The notes under the pieces are model-generated. The model was not told the origin of the DNA. It was given only the letters and a program-made list of their open reading frames with translations, and did no database searches. Below, one piece after another: positions 1 through 10,498 of a stretch of DNA of 64,000 nucleotides; within the stretch, counting starts at the first letter, position 1, and each line of letters begins with the position of its first letter. The DNA comes from an uncultured Candidatus Entotheonella sp. (GTDB lineage Bacteria > Tectomicrobia > Entotheonellia > Entotheonellales > Entotheonellaceae), in NCBI GenBank assembly GCA_965217185.1, contig OZ244252.1:3168001-3232000 (forward strand). Direction: 5' to 3'. Both the position numbers and the translations under genes were made by a program.

Positions 1-730
1 CGCCGATCTCGCGGGTGCCGCCGAGGGGAAGCACCATCCACTCCTGCGGGATGGGGCCTTCGTTCATGATCGGCGTGCCGTCCTTTTCGCTGATCCAGCC
101 GGGCAGAATCGAGACGCCGAGGCGCTGCGCAAGTTGGATTTTGTTGCCGGCGACGGAGCTCATCGAGGCATCGAAAATGAACGGCGCCTCTCGTCCGGCT
201 GGTGCCGCCACGCCCAGCGGGTTCAGGCCGACCATCGGTTTGGCGCCGTGCACCGGCACCAGCGCCAGACCGCCGGTGGTCATGGCGAGGCCGATCATGT
301 CGTGCTCCAGGGCCAAGCCGGCGTGATACGCCGCGGCGCCGAAGTGGGCGCCGTTGGTCGCGGTAATGGCGCCGATGCCGTATTGCTCAGCCCGCTCGAT
401 GGCCATGTTCATGGCCTGCGGCCCGATCACCAGGCCGTGCCCGCGGTCCGAATCCATCGTCGCCACCGCGGCGGCTTCGTGCAGGATTTTCGGCTCCGGC
501 GCCGGGTTGATGACACCTTCCCGGAACCATTTGACGTACAGCCGCATCATGTTGGACACGCCGTGCGAATCGATGCCGCGCAGGTCGGCGTACATGAGGA
601 CGTCAGCCGCCTGCCGCGCGTCGGCCTCCGGCATGCCCATCTCTTGAAAGATGGCTTCCACCGTCGCCCGCATCGTTTCCTGCGGGACACGCACGGCGAT
701 GTCCTCCGGGACGTGAAATCGTTCTAGCAT
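1..730 (-). CDS. Ldh_2 family (malate/L-lactate/ureidoglycolate dehydrogenase-like) oxidoreductase, truncated by the window edge
   Basis: Manual minus-strand translation from ATG 730: MLERFHVPEDIAVRV...YADLRGIDSHGV...HFGAAAYH...GLNPLGVAAP...FIFDASMS. The RGxDSHG, HFG and GxNP motifs are characteristic of Ldh_2. Absent from the ORF track because it runs off the edge. Confidence 0.85.
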   Translation of the reverse strand, partial: MLERFHVPEDIAVRVPQETMRATVEAIFQEMGMPEADARQAADVLMYADLRGIDSHGVSNMMRLYVKWFREGVINPAPEPKILHEAAAVATMDSDRGHGLVIGPQAMNMAIERAEQYGIGAITATNGAHFGAAAYHAGLALEHDMIGLAMTTGGLALVPVHGAKPMVGLNPLGVAAPAGREAPFIFDASMSSVAGNKIQLAQRLGVSILPGWISEKDGTPIMNEGPIPQEWMVLPLGGTREIG

Positions 731-819
731 CGTGGAGCCTCATAGGGTGTGGGTTGTGAAACGCAGGTGGGTGCCGTCAGCGGGGGTGCAGAATAGAGGA
801 ACCGCCCCCGCGGGTCAAA

Positions 820-1698
820 TCAGCGCAGCAGTTCGGCCAGCGCCTGCCGTTCCGCTTCGGGCAGGGCGGCGATGTAGGCCATGAAGCGCTTCTCGATCCA
901 CGTCGCCCGCACGCCGCCCACGTAATCGCTGACCAGCGCCTTGGGGTGGCCGCCGAAATACCCCGTCGTGATAACGCCAACGTACAACCCGTCCCGTGCA
1001 AACACGCCGCCGCCGCTCATGCGCCCGGCCGCCGACGCTTGCACAATGAGCTGTTTGTCCGCATCGTACTGCGCGTCGTGTTGCCGAGCCTCCGCCGTAG
1101 AAAGAACTCGGCCCACCGAATACATCAGCGATAGATTGCCGACTACCGGCGCGCCCATCAGCAGGACTTCCTGGCCCGCTTGGACGCTCGCCACGTCGGG
1201 CAAGCCCGCCTCGGTGAGGCGCCAGCCCCGCCCGCGGGACGCCGGTTCGCCGTCCTCGGCGAGCGCAATGGCAAAATCCTTGTCGCGCGGTACTTCCTGC
1301 TCATATTCCTGCGACGTGATCGGCAGTGCAAACAGCACGCGTATTGAGTGCGGCGCCGTTTCCGCCGAGTCAAGGGCCTCATAAGGCAGCACGTGCGCCG
1401 CGGTTACCAGCAAGGCGGCGCCCCGTTGGGTGCGATACAGAATGACGCCGGAGCCCTGTCCCACGTCCACCAGTCGCTCGTGCACGCCGCGTACCCAGTC
1501 ATGATCGGGATGTTCGGGCGCCACCAGGACGGCGGCAACGGACCGCAACCCCTTGCGGTCGAATCTTGCGCTGAGGTCTTCCAGAACGGTGGGATCGATT
1601 TGGAAAGCCGGCTCATCGGCGTGCGTTGGCGCCAGAAGCACGACGGTCAGGCTGAAAATGAGGAATGGGATGTGACGCACAGCCATCTTCGTCACCAT
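820..1698 (-). CDS. Secreted trypsin-like serine protease
   Basis: Signal peptide (…VVLLAPTHA). Catalytic-triad-like motifs VTAAHV, DFAIA and GRMSGGG. ATG overlaps the SNF2 stop (TGATG). Confidence 0.7.
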   Translation of the reverse strand: MVTKMAVRHIPFLIFSLTVVLLAPTHADEPAFQIDPTVLEDLSARFDRKGLRSVAAVLVAPEHPDHDWVRGVHERLVDVGQGSGVILYRTQRGAALLVTAAHVLPYEALDSAETAPHSIRVLFALPITSQEYEQEVPRDKDFAIALAEDGEPASRGRGWRLTEAGLPDVASVQAGQEVLLMGAPVVGNLSLMYSVGRVLSTAEARQHDAQYDADKQLIVQASAAGRMSGGGVFARDGLYVGVITTGYFGGHPKALVSDYVGGVRATWIEKRFMAYIAALPEAERQALAELLR

Positions 1699-4631
1699 CA
1701 CGCCAACAACGCCAGCAGGTCGTCGCGCGTAATCCCCGCAGCACCAGCGGCATCGGCCAGCGCGACGTCGGCCAGCGCCCGCTTGTGTTGCTGCAGCGCC
1801 AGGATGCGTTCCTCCACCGTGTCCCGCGCCACCAGACGGTGCACCAGCACCGGGCGGGTCTGGCCGATACGGTGGGCGCGGTCGGCGGCTTGATCCTCAA
1901 CCGCCGGGTTCCACCACGGATCCAGCAGGAAGACGTGATCGGCGGCGGTGAGATTGAGGCCGGTACCGCCGGCGCGCAGGGAGATGAGCATGACCGGTGG
2001 GCCGTCCGCGTCCTGGAAGCGCCGCACTACCTCATCGCGCCGGCGTGTCTGGCCGTCCAGGCGGGTGAAGTCGATATCGGCGGCGCGCAAGTGTGGCTCG
2101 ACGCGGTTCAGTAAGGTGGTCCATTGCGAAAACACCAGCGCCTTGTGGTGGTCGGCGACCGCCTCGCCGAGTACCTCCAGAAGCAGTTCCACCTTGGCCG
2201 AGGTGTCCGCGCTCTGCCCCGGTACCAAGCCGCTGTGGCAACTGGCCTGGCGTAGCCGCAGCAGCGCCTCGAACGCCGCCATGACGTTGCCTCCGGCCTC
2301 CAGACGGGCCACCACGTCATTCAGGGTGGCGGCGCGCACCGTGTCGTACACGATGCGTTCGGCGTCGCTGAGCTCGCAATGCAGCACCCGCTCGGTGCGC
2401 GGCGGCAGTTCCGGCGCCACTTCCCCCTTACTGCGCCGCAGGATGAACGGCCGAATGCGCTCTCGCAGCCGCTCAGCCGCCTGCGGTTGGCCGCTGGCGA
2501 TGGGCTGGGCGTAACGGTCCTGAAAGTCCTGCCGGCCGCCGAGCAGGCCGCGATTCAAGAAATGGAACTGGCTCCACAACTCGTCGAGGCGATTCTCGAC
2601 CGGCGTACCGCTCAGCGTCAGGCGAAACGCGGCGCGCAGCTCAAAGGCCGCCTGTGCCACTTGGCTGTCGGGATTCTTGATGTTCTGGGCCTCGTCGAGC
2701 ACCACCGTGTCCCAGCTTTGCTGCGCCAGCCGGTCGCTGTCCAGGCGGAGAATGGCGTACGTGGTCAGGGTGACGTCGGCCTCGGCGTCCAGGCGGCGCT
2801 GCGGGCCGTGGTAGAGCGATTGGCGCAGACCCGGGCGGAAACGGCGGATTTCGTCGCCCCAGTGCGACAGCACGCTGGTCGGCGCCACTACCAAGGTGCG
2901 GCCGCGCACGGCGCACAGGGCTTGCAGGGTTTTGCCGAGGCCCATGTCGTCCGCCAGCATGCCGCCGAGCCCGGCTTGCCGGATGAAGACGAGCCAGTTG
3001 ACGCCGCTGTGTTGGTAGGAGCGCAGCGTGGCCTGCATGTCGTTGGGCATCGGTGCCGCGGGAATGCCGGCGAAGTCGTCCACGAGGGTGCGCAGCGCGT
3101 CAAATTCCGGCGGCGGCGGTTGTTCCAATGATTCGCACAGGCGCGCCAAGTCTGGTAGGGCGAATTGGGGCAGTACGCCACTGGCGTTACGCGCCGCCAG
3201 CAGGTCGGCCACCCGGTGACCGAACTGATCCAGCCATTCGCGTGGCAGGGGCGCCCAGCCGCCGCCGGACAACGGCACCAGCGACTCGCCGCTTTGCCAG
3301 GCGCGCAACACCGCCCCGGCATCCACACGCTTGGCGGGGTCGCCGGACGCGGGCGGGGCGGATTCGAACCACATCTCGAAGTTCTGGAAATCGAGCCGCC
3401 CCTGCGGCACCAGCGGCGGCGCCAGTTCAAAGGCGGTGTGCCCGCTGCCGCGTATTTCGCCGCGCCATCCCTTGAGGCGCGTGGCGACCCGTACCGCATC
3501 TGAGCCGGTGTATTGCGCCTTGTGCCCGGGGGCAAGTTGCATCGTTTGCCGGAGTTGCCGCACCAGGCGTTCTTCCGCGCGCTCGTTGCGTTTCGGCAGC
3601 GGCCCTTGCAGGTGCACCAGGCGTTCTCCATCGACGCGGGCCAGGGGCGGCTGGCCGTAAACCAGCGTCGGCAGCACCGTCAGGGCGTCACCTTCGCGGT
3701 GCACGTCCAGCATGATGCGCGGCGGTTCCTCCACCACCTGCGGCAAGCGCCGCGTGCGCACCTGCACCGGCAGACGCTTTTCCAAGGACGGCAGGATATC
3801 GCTGAACAATTCGGTGAGTTGATCGCCGGAGAAGTGGCGTCCTTCGGGGAGGTCGGCGCGTTCGCGGGCGGTGAGGCCGGGGTTGGCGACCGGCCGCAGC
3901 GTGTCGCCGCATAGCACCACGCCGTTGCCAAATTCCTCGGTGATAGCCGGGTCGCGTTCCACAAACAGCCGGAAGCCGTCGCCCTGGTCCTCCAGGCAGG
4001 CTTGCAGGCCGATGGGCTTGGCGAGGATTTTGACGGGGTTGCCGCCCAGCCGTACGTCCGGGCAAGAGGCCAGCGCTTCCAGCAGCTTTCCCATCACTTC
4101 GCGCGGCAGGCGTCCGCGCCGGTGTATGCCCAGCGCCGATTCGACCGCCAGATCGGCCGGCGTGGCCGCCACCGCGATGGATATCCGGCCCTGGAAACGC
4201 AAGCCGCCGGGCCTGGTGAGGCTCAGCGACAGCGGCGATTCCAGAATTTGCTCGCGGCCGTCGTGGACGACGTGGCGCTCGAAGCTCAGCGCGCCTTGCG
4301 AACGCGTGAACGCGTAGCGCAACCGGCCGCTGGCCTGTTGCGCCGCGGGGAGGGGCTTGTCCTCTTGTCGGGCGCGCCGGTAGGCGATCACCGCCGCGGC
4401 CACGTGTGCGCACACCGTCTCATGGTGACCGCAATCGCACAACCAATCCTCGTCATCCGGCCACAGTGTGACGGTGGGTTGCACGACCTTATCCCGCGTC
4501 ACCACCTTGAGGACGACTTCCTCGCCGTCCGCCCGCTCGCTGAGCACGGCATTGGCGCGGGTGAACTCCACACCGCGCGACCAGACGTGCGGCGAACAAG
4601 CCTGGCGCACAGCGTCGAACAGCGCTTGCAT
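1698..4631 (-). CDS. SWIM zinc-finger SNF2-family helicase/ATPase
   Basis: CDCG..CAH SWIM motif; [10 protein letters not shown] (motif I), DEAQ (II), LSGTPVEN (III), [11 protein letters not shown] (VI). Confidence 0.93.
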   Translation of the reverse strand: MQALFDAVRQACSPHVWSRGVEFTRANAVLSERADGEEVVLKVVTRDKVVQPTVTLWPDDEDWLCDCGHHETVCAHVAAAVIAYRRARQEDKPLPAAQQASGRLRYAFTRSQGALSFERHVVHDGREQILESPLSLSLTRPGGLRFQGRISIAVAATPADLAVESALGIHRRGRLPREVMGKLLEALASCPDVRLGGNPVKILAKPIGLQACLEDQGDGFRLFVERDPAITEEFGNGVVLCGDTLRPVANPGLTARERADLPEGRHFSGDQLTELFSDILPSLEKRLPVQVRTRRLPQVVEEPPRIMLDVHREGDALTVLPTLVYGQPPLARVDGERLVHLQGPLPKRNERAEERLVRQLRQTMQLAPGHKAQYTGSDAVRVATRLKGWRGEIRGSGHTAFELAPPLVPQGRLDFQNFEMWFESAPPASGDPAKRVDAGAVLRAWQSGESLVPLSGGGWAPLPREWLDQFGHRVADLLAARNASGVLPQFALPDLARLCESLEQPPPPEFDALRTLVDDFAGIPAAPMPNDMQATLRSYQHSGVNWLVFIRQAGLGGMLADDMGLGKTLQALCAVRGRTLVVAPTSVLSHWGDEIRRFRPGLRQSLYHGPQRRLDAEADVTLTTYAILRLDSDRLAQQSWDTVVLDEAQNIKNPDSQVAQAAFELRAAFRLTLSGTPVENRLDELWSQFHFLNRGLLGGRQDFQDRYAQPIASGQPQAAERLRERIRPFILRRSKGEVAPELPPRTERVLHCELSDAERIVYDTVRAATLNDVVARLEAGGNVMAAFEALLRLRQASCHSGLVPGQSADTSAKVELLLEVLGEAVADHHKALVFSQWTTLLNRVEPHLRAADIDFTRLDGQTRRRDEVVRRFQDADGPPVMLISLRAGGTGLNLTAADHVFLLDPWWNPAVEDQAADRAHRIGQTRPVLVHRLVARDTVEERILALQQHKRALADVALADAAGAAGITRDDLLALLA

Positions 4632-4658
4632 CCGGTGCGGACTCCTTGCGCCGCCCCG

Positions 4659-4976
4659 TTAGGGCTGCGGCGCGAAATCGGGCGACAGCATCAACCAGGT
4701 TTTCTGCGACACGATGAGCGATTGGACGCGCGGAATGTAGTTCTGCTTCCACTCGTCCGAGCCGGTGACCTTGGCCTTGGCCTCCGCCATGTGGGCGTGG
4801 TCGCGATAGGCCCAGATGTGCACCACCTGGTTGAGTTCGCCGATGTCGCTGTAGTACCAGCCGGCCAGCTTGATGCCGTGACTGAGGCGTAGCGGCAGCG
4901 CCACGTCCTTGACGGCAGCCATGTAGTCGGGAACGGCGCCGGGCTTCAGCGTGTACATGCGAAAGTCGTAAATCAT
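4659..4976 (-). CDS. NIPSNAP family protein
   Basis: 105 aa; MIYDFRMYTLKPG…IGELNQVVHIWAY pattern. Confidence 0.88.
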   Translation of the reverse strand: MIYDFRMYTLKPGAVPDYMAAVKDVALPLRLSHGIKLAGWYYSDIGELNQVVHIWAYRDHAHMAEAKAKVTGSDEWKQNYIPRVQSLIVSQKTWLMLSPDFAPQP

Positions 4977-5208
4977 GGGCTGGATTCCTTAATGATGATG
5001 CGTGATGGTTTTGGGGCGGGAATCAGAAAATACGGGTGCCCATCGTAATGGATTACCAGACGGGGCGCAACGGAATCGCCCGTACGCGCGACATGCGGGC
5101 GTTTGGCCCTCGCGGGGTTGTTTCAAAGCCGCTTACGCACGGGTATAATGCCCCGCTGCACGCGTGATAATGCCGCGTAACCATTCAATATCCTGAAGGA
5201 ACCCCGCA

Positions 5209-6516
5209 TTGAAAATCACCGTCATCGGCCTCGGCTACGTCGGCGCCGTTGTGGCGTCCGGACTGGCTGCTGCCGGTCACGCCGTCCTCGGTGTTGACAT
5301 CGACCGCGGGCGCCTTGCAACCCTGCAGACTGGCAAGGTTCATCTCTACGAACCAAGGCTGGAGGCCCGTGTCGCCGAGGGTGTGCGTGATGGCAAGCTG
5401 CGCTTTTTGCACCGTGACGAGGTGGACGAGCCGCTGGGCGCCGCCGCTGTCATTGCCACCGGAACGCCGCCGACGGAGAGTGGCGCCGCCGACCTTAGCC
5501 AGGTCAAATCGGCCGTGGGCTGGATCAAGGCCAGGCAGCCCCGGGATCTGGTTGTGGTGATGAAGAGCACCGTGCCGCCCGGCGTCGGCCGGCGCCTGTT
5601 GCACAACGACTTGCGAGGCACAGACATCCGCTACGCCTCGAATCCCGAGTTTCTGCGCGAAGGGCGGGCGGTGGCCGACTGGGACGCTCCTGACCGCATC
5701 GTCATCGGAGCCGAGCCGGGTGATGACCGCGCTGTCGCCGTCGTTAAGTGCATGCACGACGGCATCGACGCGCCGCACATGGTCACCGACATCACCAGCG
5801 CCGAAATGGTCAAGTACGCCAGCAACGCTTTCCTCGCCACGCGCATCTCCTTCATCAACGAAATCGCCCTGCTGTGCGACCGCATCGGCGCCTCCATCGA
5901 CGCCGTCAGCGAGGGGCTGGCGATGGACGCGCGCGCCGGCGCCCGCATCTACGCTGGGGTGGGTTACGGCGGCTCGTGCTTTCCCAAGGACGTGCGCGCC
6001 CTGGATTACCTGGCGCTGACCAGCGGCGTGAGCGTCGATCTGCTGCGCTCGGTCATCAACGTCAATAACCGCCAGCGCATGCTGCCGCTGTATGCTCTGC
6101 GTCAGCGCCTCAACGGCGCCCTGAGCGGCGTGCGCGTGGGCGTTCTGGGGCTGGCATTCAAGCCGGAAACGGACGACGTGCGCGACGCGCCGTCGCTATC
6201 GCTCATCCGAGAACTGGTGGACGAGGGCGTGCAGGTAATGGCGTTTGACCCGCAGGCCAACGACACCGCCTGCCGTCAGTTGCCCGCTGTCGTGCGTATG
6301 ACCGATAGCCCCGTCGAAGCTGCCGAGCAGGCGCAAGCGGTGGTTCTGCTCACCGAATGGCCGCAGATCGTCCGCGCTGAATGGCCGCGCATCGCGGCCG
6401 CCATGTACCCACCCCGCCTTCTGTTCGATGGCCGCAACGCCCTGGACGCCGATGCCATGCGGGCGCTGGGCTTCGAGTATGCGGGCGTCGGGCGCAAGGG
6501 TCTGCCTATCCAATAA
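5209..6516 (+). CDS. ugd: UDP-glucose/GDP-mannose dehydrogenase family (UDP-glucose 6-dehydrogenase)
   Basis: GLGYVG Rossmann motif, KSTVPPG, NPEFLREG, GYGGSCFPKD, GLAFKPETDDVR. Confidence 0.95.
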   Translation: MKITVIGLGYVGAVVASGLAAAGHAVLGVDIDRGRLATLQTGKVHLYEPRLEARVAEGVRDGKLRFLHRDEVDEPLGAAAVIATGTPPTESGAADLSQVKSAVGWIKARQPRDLVVVMKSTVPPGVGRRLLHNDLRGTDIRYASNPEFLREGRAVADWDAPDRIVIGAEPGDDRAVAVVKCMHDGIDAPHMVTDITSAEMVKYASNAFLATRISFINEIALLCDRIGASIDAVSEGLAMDARAGARIYAGVGYGGSCFPKDVRALDYLALTSGVSVDLLRSVINVNNRQRMLPLYALRQRLNGALSGVRVGVLGLAFKPETDDVRDAPSLSLIRELVDEGVQVMAFDPQANDTACRQLPAVVRMTDSPVEAAEQAQAVVLLTEWPQIVRAEWPRIAAAMYPPRLLFDGRNALDADAMRALGFEYAGVGRKGLPIQ

Positions 6517-6541
6517 TGTGTTGTGGAAGGACTGGAACCAC

Positions 6542-7339
6542 ATGAAGATCGCCTATTTTGACTGTTTTTCGGGAATCAGCGGCGATATGACGCTAGGGGC
6601 GCTGGTGGATGCCGGTGTGGACTTGGCGGTCATCCGCGAGGAATTGGCCAAGCTGCCGGTGACGGGATACCGGCTGGAGGCACGCGTCGTCAAGCGCGGC
6701 GGCCTACGGGGCACCAAGGTGGACGTGGTCGTGGACGAGGCGGTGCAGCCGGCGCGGCGCTATACCGACATTGCGGCGATGATTTCCGAAAGCGAACTGG
6801 AGCCCGAGGTGCGGGACCGGGCGCTCGCAATTTTTCGCCGCCTGGGAGAGGTGGAGGCGCATCTGCACGACGAGCCGCTGGACGCGATTCACTTCCACGA
6901 GGTGGGGGCGGTGGATTCGATTATCGACGTAGTGGGCGCGGCCATCGGCGTGCACGCCCTGGACCTTGAGGGCGCGGTGGCCTCGCCGGTCAACGTCGGC
7001 CACGGCGCGGTGCACACCTCGCACGGCCTGCTGCCGGTCCCCGCCCCGGCCACCTTGGCCCTGCTCAAGGGGTATTCGGCCTACGCCGGCGACACCCGGA
7101 TGGAGTTGACCACCCCCACCGGCGCGGCGATTCTCACCACCCTCGCCGACCGCTTCGGACCATTGCCGCGCATGACCATCGACCGCATCGGCTACGGCGC
7201 CGGCAACCGTGATTTTCCCACAGGCCCCAACCTGCTGCGCCTTGTCGTCGGCGAGGTACAGGCCGACACCGCGCCGGACCACGCTCACCACCATCATCAT
7301 GGCCACGAGCATCACCACCACGAGCACCATCAAGGCTGA
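6542..7339 (+). CDS. larC: Nickel-insertion protein LarC (DUF111), N-terminal LarC1 part only, with a His-rich tail
   Basis: MKIAYFDCFSGISGDMTLGAL, HFHEVGAVDSI, HGLLPVPAPAT, ELTTPTGAA. Ends HAHHHHHGHEHHHHEHHQG. Confidence 0.9.
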   Translation: MKIAYFDCFSGISGDMTLGALVDAGVDLAVIREELAKLPVTGYRLEARVVKRGGLRGTKVDVVVDEAVQPARRYTDIAAMISESELEPEVRDRALAIFRRLGEVEAHLHDEPLDAIHFHEVGAVDSIIDVVGAAIGVHALDLEGAVASPVNVGHGAVHTSHGLLPVPAPATLALLKGYSAYAGDTRMELTTPTGAAILTTLADRFGPLPRMTIDRIGYGAGNRDFPTGPNLLRLVVGEVQADTAPDHAHHHHHGHEHHHHEHHQG

Positions 7340-7480
7340 TGGTGCATTTATTATCCACCAACCCCGTGACACGCTCTCCCGGACCGTCTTTCTCCGAGGC
7401 CGGCGTTTTCTGCAACGGCCGGGGGAAGCCCCTGCCCCCCCCCGTATCGGAGCATTTCCGTATTTGAAGGAGGACCGCCA

Positions 7481-8617
7481 ATGGTGCCAATACTTATTTG
7501 GAAGGTTCTGGCTGTTTCTCTGGTCGTCGTGTTCTCTGCGGTGATGGCCGGCTGTTCAAGCACCAACACCGGGTTGACGAAACTCGGAATCGCCAAAATG
7601 CTGGAGGAGGAGCAGGAACAGGAGCGGCTTGATCGACAAAGACTGGCAGGGATCGAGGACGGGCTGGCCCGCAGCCTGCAGCCTCCTGTGCACGCGGAAA
7701 GCGATGCGGATACGCTGGCAAACCTTCTTCCCGGTGGTGAGGAGGTCTTTTCGGCCCTGTCGGCGGCGGTCTGGCGGGATTACCTGGCTCCCGCCTCAAC
7801 GCAGCCGGACTTGGGGAGCGCCTACGTAAAGTCCGTTTCCAGCGATGGAGAGGGCGGGTTCCGCGTCACCTTCGTGATTGACGGCAGAGAATCCCTTGCT
7901 CATTTCCCAGCGGACCGATTCAGAACGACCCTTTTCCGCGGAACCGCGCAAGACAATCGCCTGGTCCCATTTACGCTTTGGTCCTGGACCGATTCATTCC
8001 AGGCGGATTCGGACGATCCGGCCGCGACAGACAGAACCGACGGCTCGGCCTACTACGACTATTTCGATATCAATGGCTGGCAGGCTGGTGGAGCCCCGAT
8101 CGGCAATTTCCGGGGTTTCATGACGTACGGCGTACGGACCCTGCCGGGGAATTTGCCCCTGGGCAGTGCGAACTATGAGGGACGCTTGCGGCGGGCCGAA
8201 GTGTGGGGGGCGGACGCTTCGGTTTGGGGCACGCAGACCTGGATCCTCGGCACCTTGCATCTGGAAGCGAATTTCGACGATGGTGAAATTTCGGGGCGAA
8301 TCGACACGCTCCGCACACAGCCCCCAGGTGCGGATGCCTACGCGCCGCTGCCGGAGGGAAACGTGATCGACATCGCCAGCGCTCCAATCGATGACGCCCG
8401 ATTTGTCGCCGAATGGGTGGGTAACGACCTCAACGAGAACGCCGCGCCCCACGAAACGATTGGCGGATTCGCGGGAACCATGATCGGCGAGTTCTACGGC
8501 CCGGCGGCGGACGAGGTTGGCGGCGTGCTGAGCGGTCGCCGCGCCGCCACGGGCACCACGCCGGAACAGTTCCTTATGGGCGGCTTCGGCGGTTCGCAGC
8601 CCGACCCCGAGCAGTAG
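7481..8617 (+). CDS. Surface lipoprotein with a transferrin-binding-protein (TbpB)-like C-terminal beta-barrel
   Basis: Lipobox-like MAGC after a hydrophobic signal; C-terminal GEFYGPAADEVGGV…GGFGG; AAGGAGG RBS upstream. Confidence 0.65.
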   Translation: MVPILIWKVLAVSLVVVFSAVMAGCSSTNTGLTKLGIAKMLEEEQEQERLDRQRLAGIEDGLARSLQPPVHAESDADTLANLLPGGEEVFSALSAAVWRDYLAPASTQPDLGSAYVKSVSSDGEGGFRVTFVIDGRESLAHFPADRFRTTLFRGTAQDNRLVPFTLWSWTDSFQADSDDPAATDRTDGSAYYDYFDINGWQAGGAPIGNFRGFMTYGVRTLPGNLPLGSANYEGRLRRAEVWGADASVWGTQTWILGTLHLEANFDDGEISGRIDTLRTQPPGADAYAPLPEGNVIDIASAPIDDARFVAEWVGNDLNENAAPHETIGGFAGTMIGEFYGPAADEVGGVLSGRRAATGTTPEQFLMGGFGGSQPDPEQ

Positions 8618-8652
8618 GCAGAGTGTGAAGCAACGATCATAGGGAATCCCTC

Positions 8653-10059
8653 ATGCAGAGCATCGCAGGGTCGCTTTCGGCCTACGTTGAACGGCGCATG
8701 GCCCGCATCCTCCTGCTCGGGATCATCAGCGGCTTTCCCTGGGTGCTCATCGGCAGCGCCCTCAGCCTCTGGCTGAAGGAAGACGGCTTGAGCCGCACCA
8801 CCATCGGCTGGGCCGGACTGATCTTCGGCGTCTACGCGGTCAATTTCCTCTGGGCGCCGTTGATCGACCGGCTGCGGGTGCCGTGGCTGACGGACCGGCT
8901 CGGGCATCGCCGCGCCTGGATCGTCACGCTGCAGGCCGTGATCCTGGCATGCCTCGTCATGTGGAGCGTCATCGAACCGGCGGCGAGCCTGGCCGTCGTG
9001 GTCGCCGTCGGCCTGGTTATCGCCACCGCCTCCGCCACCCAGGACATCACCATCGATGCGCTCCGCATCGAGCAGGTCGGCGAGTCCGAGGGCGAATCCA
9101 TGGCGGCGGGCGCCGCGGCCGCGGTCATCGGCTGGTGGACGGGGTTCAAGCTCGGCGGCGTGGTCGCTCTGAAAGCGGCGGCGGCCTTCCAGAGCGCCGG
9201 GGTCGAGAACTACTGGCAGGCCACCTTTCTGGTGCTCGGAGTCGTGGTCATTCTCTGTAGTATCGGCTTGGTGTTGTGTGTACGCGAGACATCCCCGGCG
9301 GAGCGTGTCGCCGCCCAGGCCGAGGAGGACGACCGCATCGCCTCCCGCCTTGGCCTTTCCGGCGGGCTGGGCCGTGCGACCACCTGGCTTACGGGCACCG
9401 CGGCGGCTCCGCTGATGAGCTTCTTCAGACGCAACGGCTTCGCCATTGCCGTTGCCGTGCTCGGCTTCATCTTTCTGTTCAAGATCGGCGAGGCATTCCT
9501 GGGCCGCATGTCCCTCCTGTTCTACCAGGAAATCGGCTTCTCCAAGACCGACATCGCCGTCTACTCCAAGGGCCTGGGCTGGGTAACCACCGTCACCTTC
9601 ACCGTGCTGGGCGGGTTCTTCGCGGTCCGGGCCGGTCTGGTGCGGGCCATGTTCCTGTCCGGGGTTGCCATGGCGTCCACGAATCTATTGTTCGCGGTGC
9701 TGGCCTGGACGGGCAAGTCGGCGGCTTTGTTCGCGACCGCGGTGGTGGTAGACGACCTCACCAGCGCCTTTGCCACCGTGACCTTCGTTGCCTTCATCTC
9801 GATGTTGGTTGACCGGACCTATACCGCCACGCAGTATGCCCTGCTCGCCTCGATCGGCACGGCGGGAAGGACTCTTTTCGCGGCCTCGTCCGGCGCATTG
9901 GTGGACTGGCTGGATGGCGACTGGGGGGTGTTCTTCGTCATCACCGCGCTGATGGTGCTCCCCTCGCTCGCCTGTCTGTGGGCCATCCGCAGAAGACTTG
10001 CCTACGTGCTGGCCGGCGCGAACGAGCGGCGGCTCGAAAAGGACAAGGGAAAAGGTTGA
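8653..10059 (+). CDS. ampG: AmpG-family MFS muropeptide transporter
   Basis: LLGIISGFP, FLWAPLID, SATQDITIDA, YTATQYALL; multiple TM helices. Confidence 0.9.
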   Translation: MQSIAGSLSAYVERRMARILLLGIISGFPWVLIGSALSLWLKEDGLSRTTIGWAGLIFGVYAVNFLWAPLIDRLRVPWLTDRLGHRRAWIVTLQAVILACLVMWSVIEPAASLAVVVAVGLVIATASATQDITIDALRIEQVGESEGESMAAGAAAAVIGWWTGFKLGGVVALKAAAAFQSAGVENYWQATFLVLGVVVILCSIGLVLCVRETSPAERVAAQAEEDDRIASRLGLSGGLGRATTWLTGTAAAPLMSFFRRNGFAIAVAVLGFIFLFKIGEAFLGRMSLLFYQEIGFSKTDIAVYSKGLGWVTTVTFTVLGGFFAVRAGLVRAMFLSGVAMASTNLLFAVLAWTGKSAALFATAVVVDDLTSAFATVTFVAFISMLVDRTYTATQYALLASIGTAGRTLFAASSGALVDWLDGDWGVFFVITALMVLPSLACLWAIRRRLAYVLAGANERRLEKDKGKG

Positions 10060-10060
10060 A

Positions 10061-10495
10061 TCAGCGCCTACTGGTCTGCGAAGGGCGAATACGCGGCCAA
10101 GCGTGCAGCGCGAAGCCAGCGGCGGCCAGGACCTGCAGGACGCCGCCGCATACAAAGGTCGCACCGGCAGCCGGCGTTCCCAAGGCAATCTCGACCGCCG
10201 GGTGCAGGGCGACCAGGAGAATGGCCGTGTTGAGCGCCCAGTAGCTCGACCACGCCAGTACCGTGTTGCCGCGGCGCTTGCCCGCTCCCAGGCGCGGCAG
10301 AATCCAGTAGCTGACACCCAGCGCACACTGCGTCACGCCACCTACCAGCACGAGATAGATGTGCGCCGGCAGCAGCACCCAAAAGAACGGGAAGCGGCCG
10401 GTGCCTTTCTGCACCAGAATCAACCCGCCCGCCAGCATGCCCACCGCCAGGCAGATGAAACCGCCGCGCAGGAAGAATCGACTGAGCCTCGGCAT
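10061..10495 (-). CDS. Four-helix membrane protein, paralog of the adjacent gene
   Basis: Hydrophobic; HxxLVGGVTQxxLGVSYWILP motif shared with the neighbour. Confidence 0.7.
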   Translation of the reverse strand: MPRLSRFFLRGGFICLAVGMLAGGLILVQKGTGRFPFFWVLLPAHIYLVLVGGVTQCALGVSYWILPRLGAGKRRGNTVLAWSSYWALNTAILLVALHPAVEIALGTPAAGATFVCGGVLQVLAAAGFALHAWPRIRPSQTSRR

Positions 10496-10498
10496 ACC

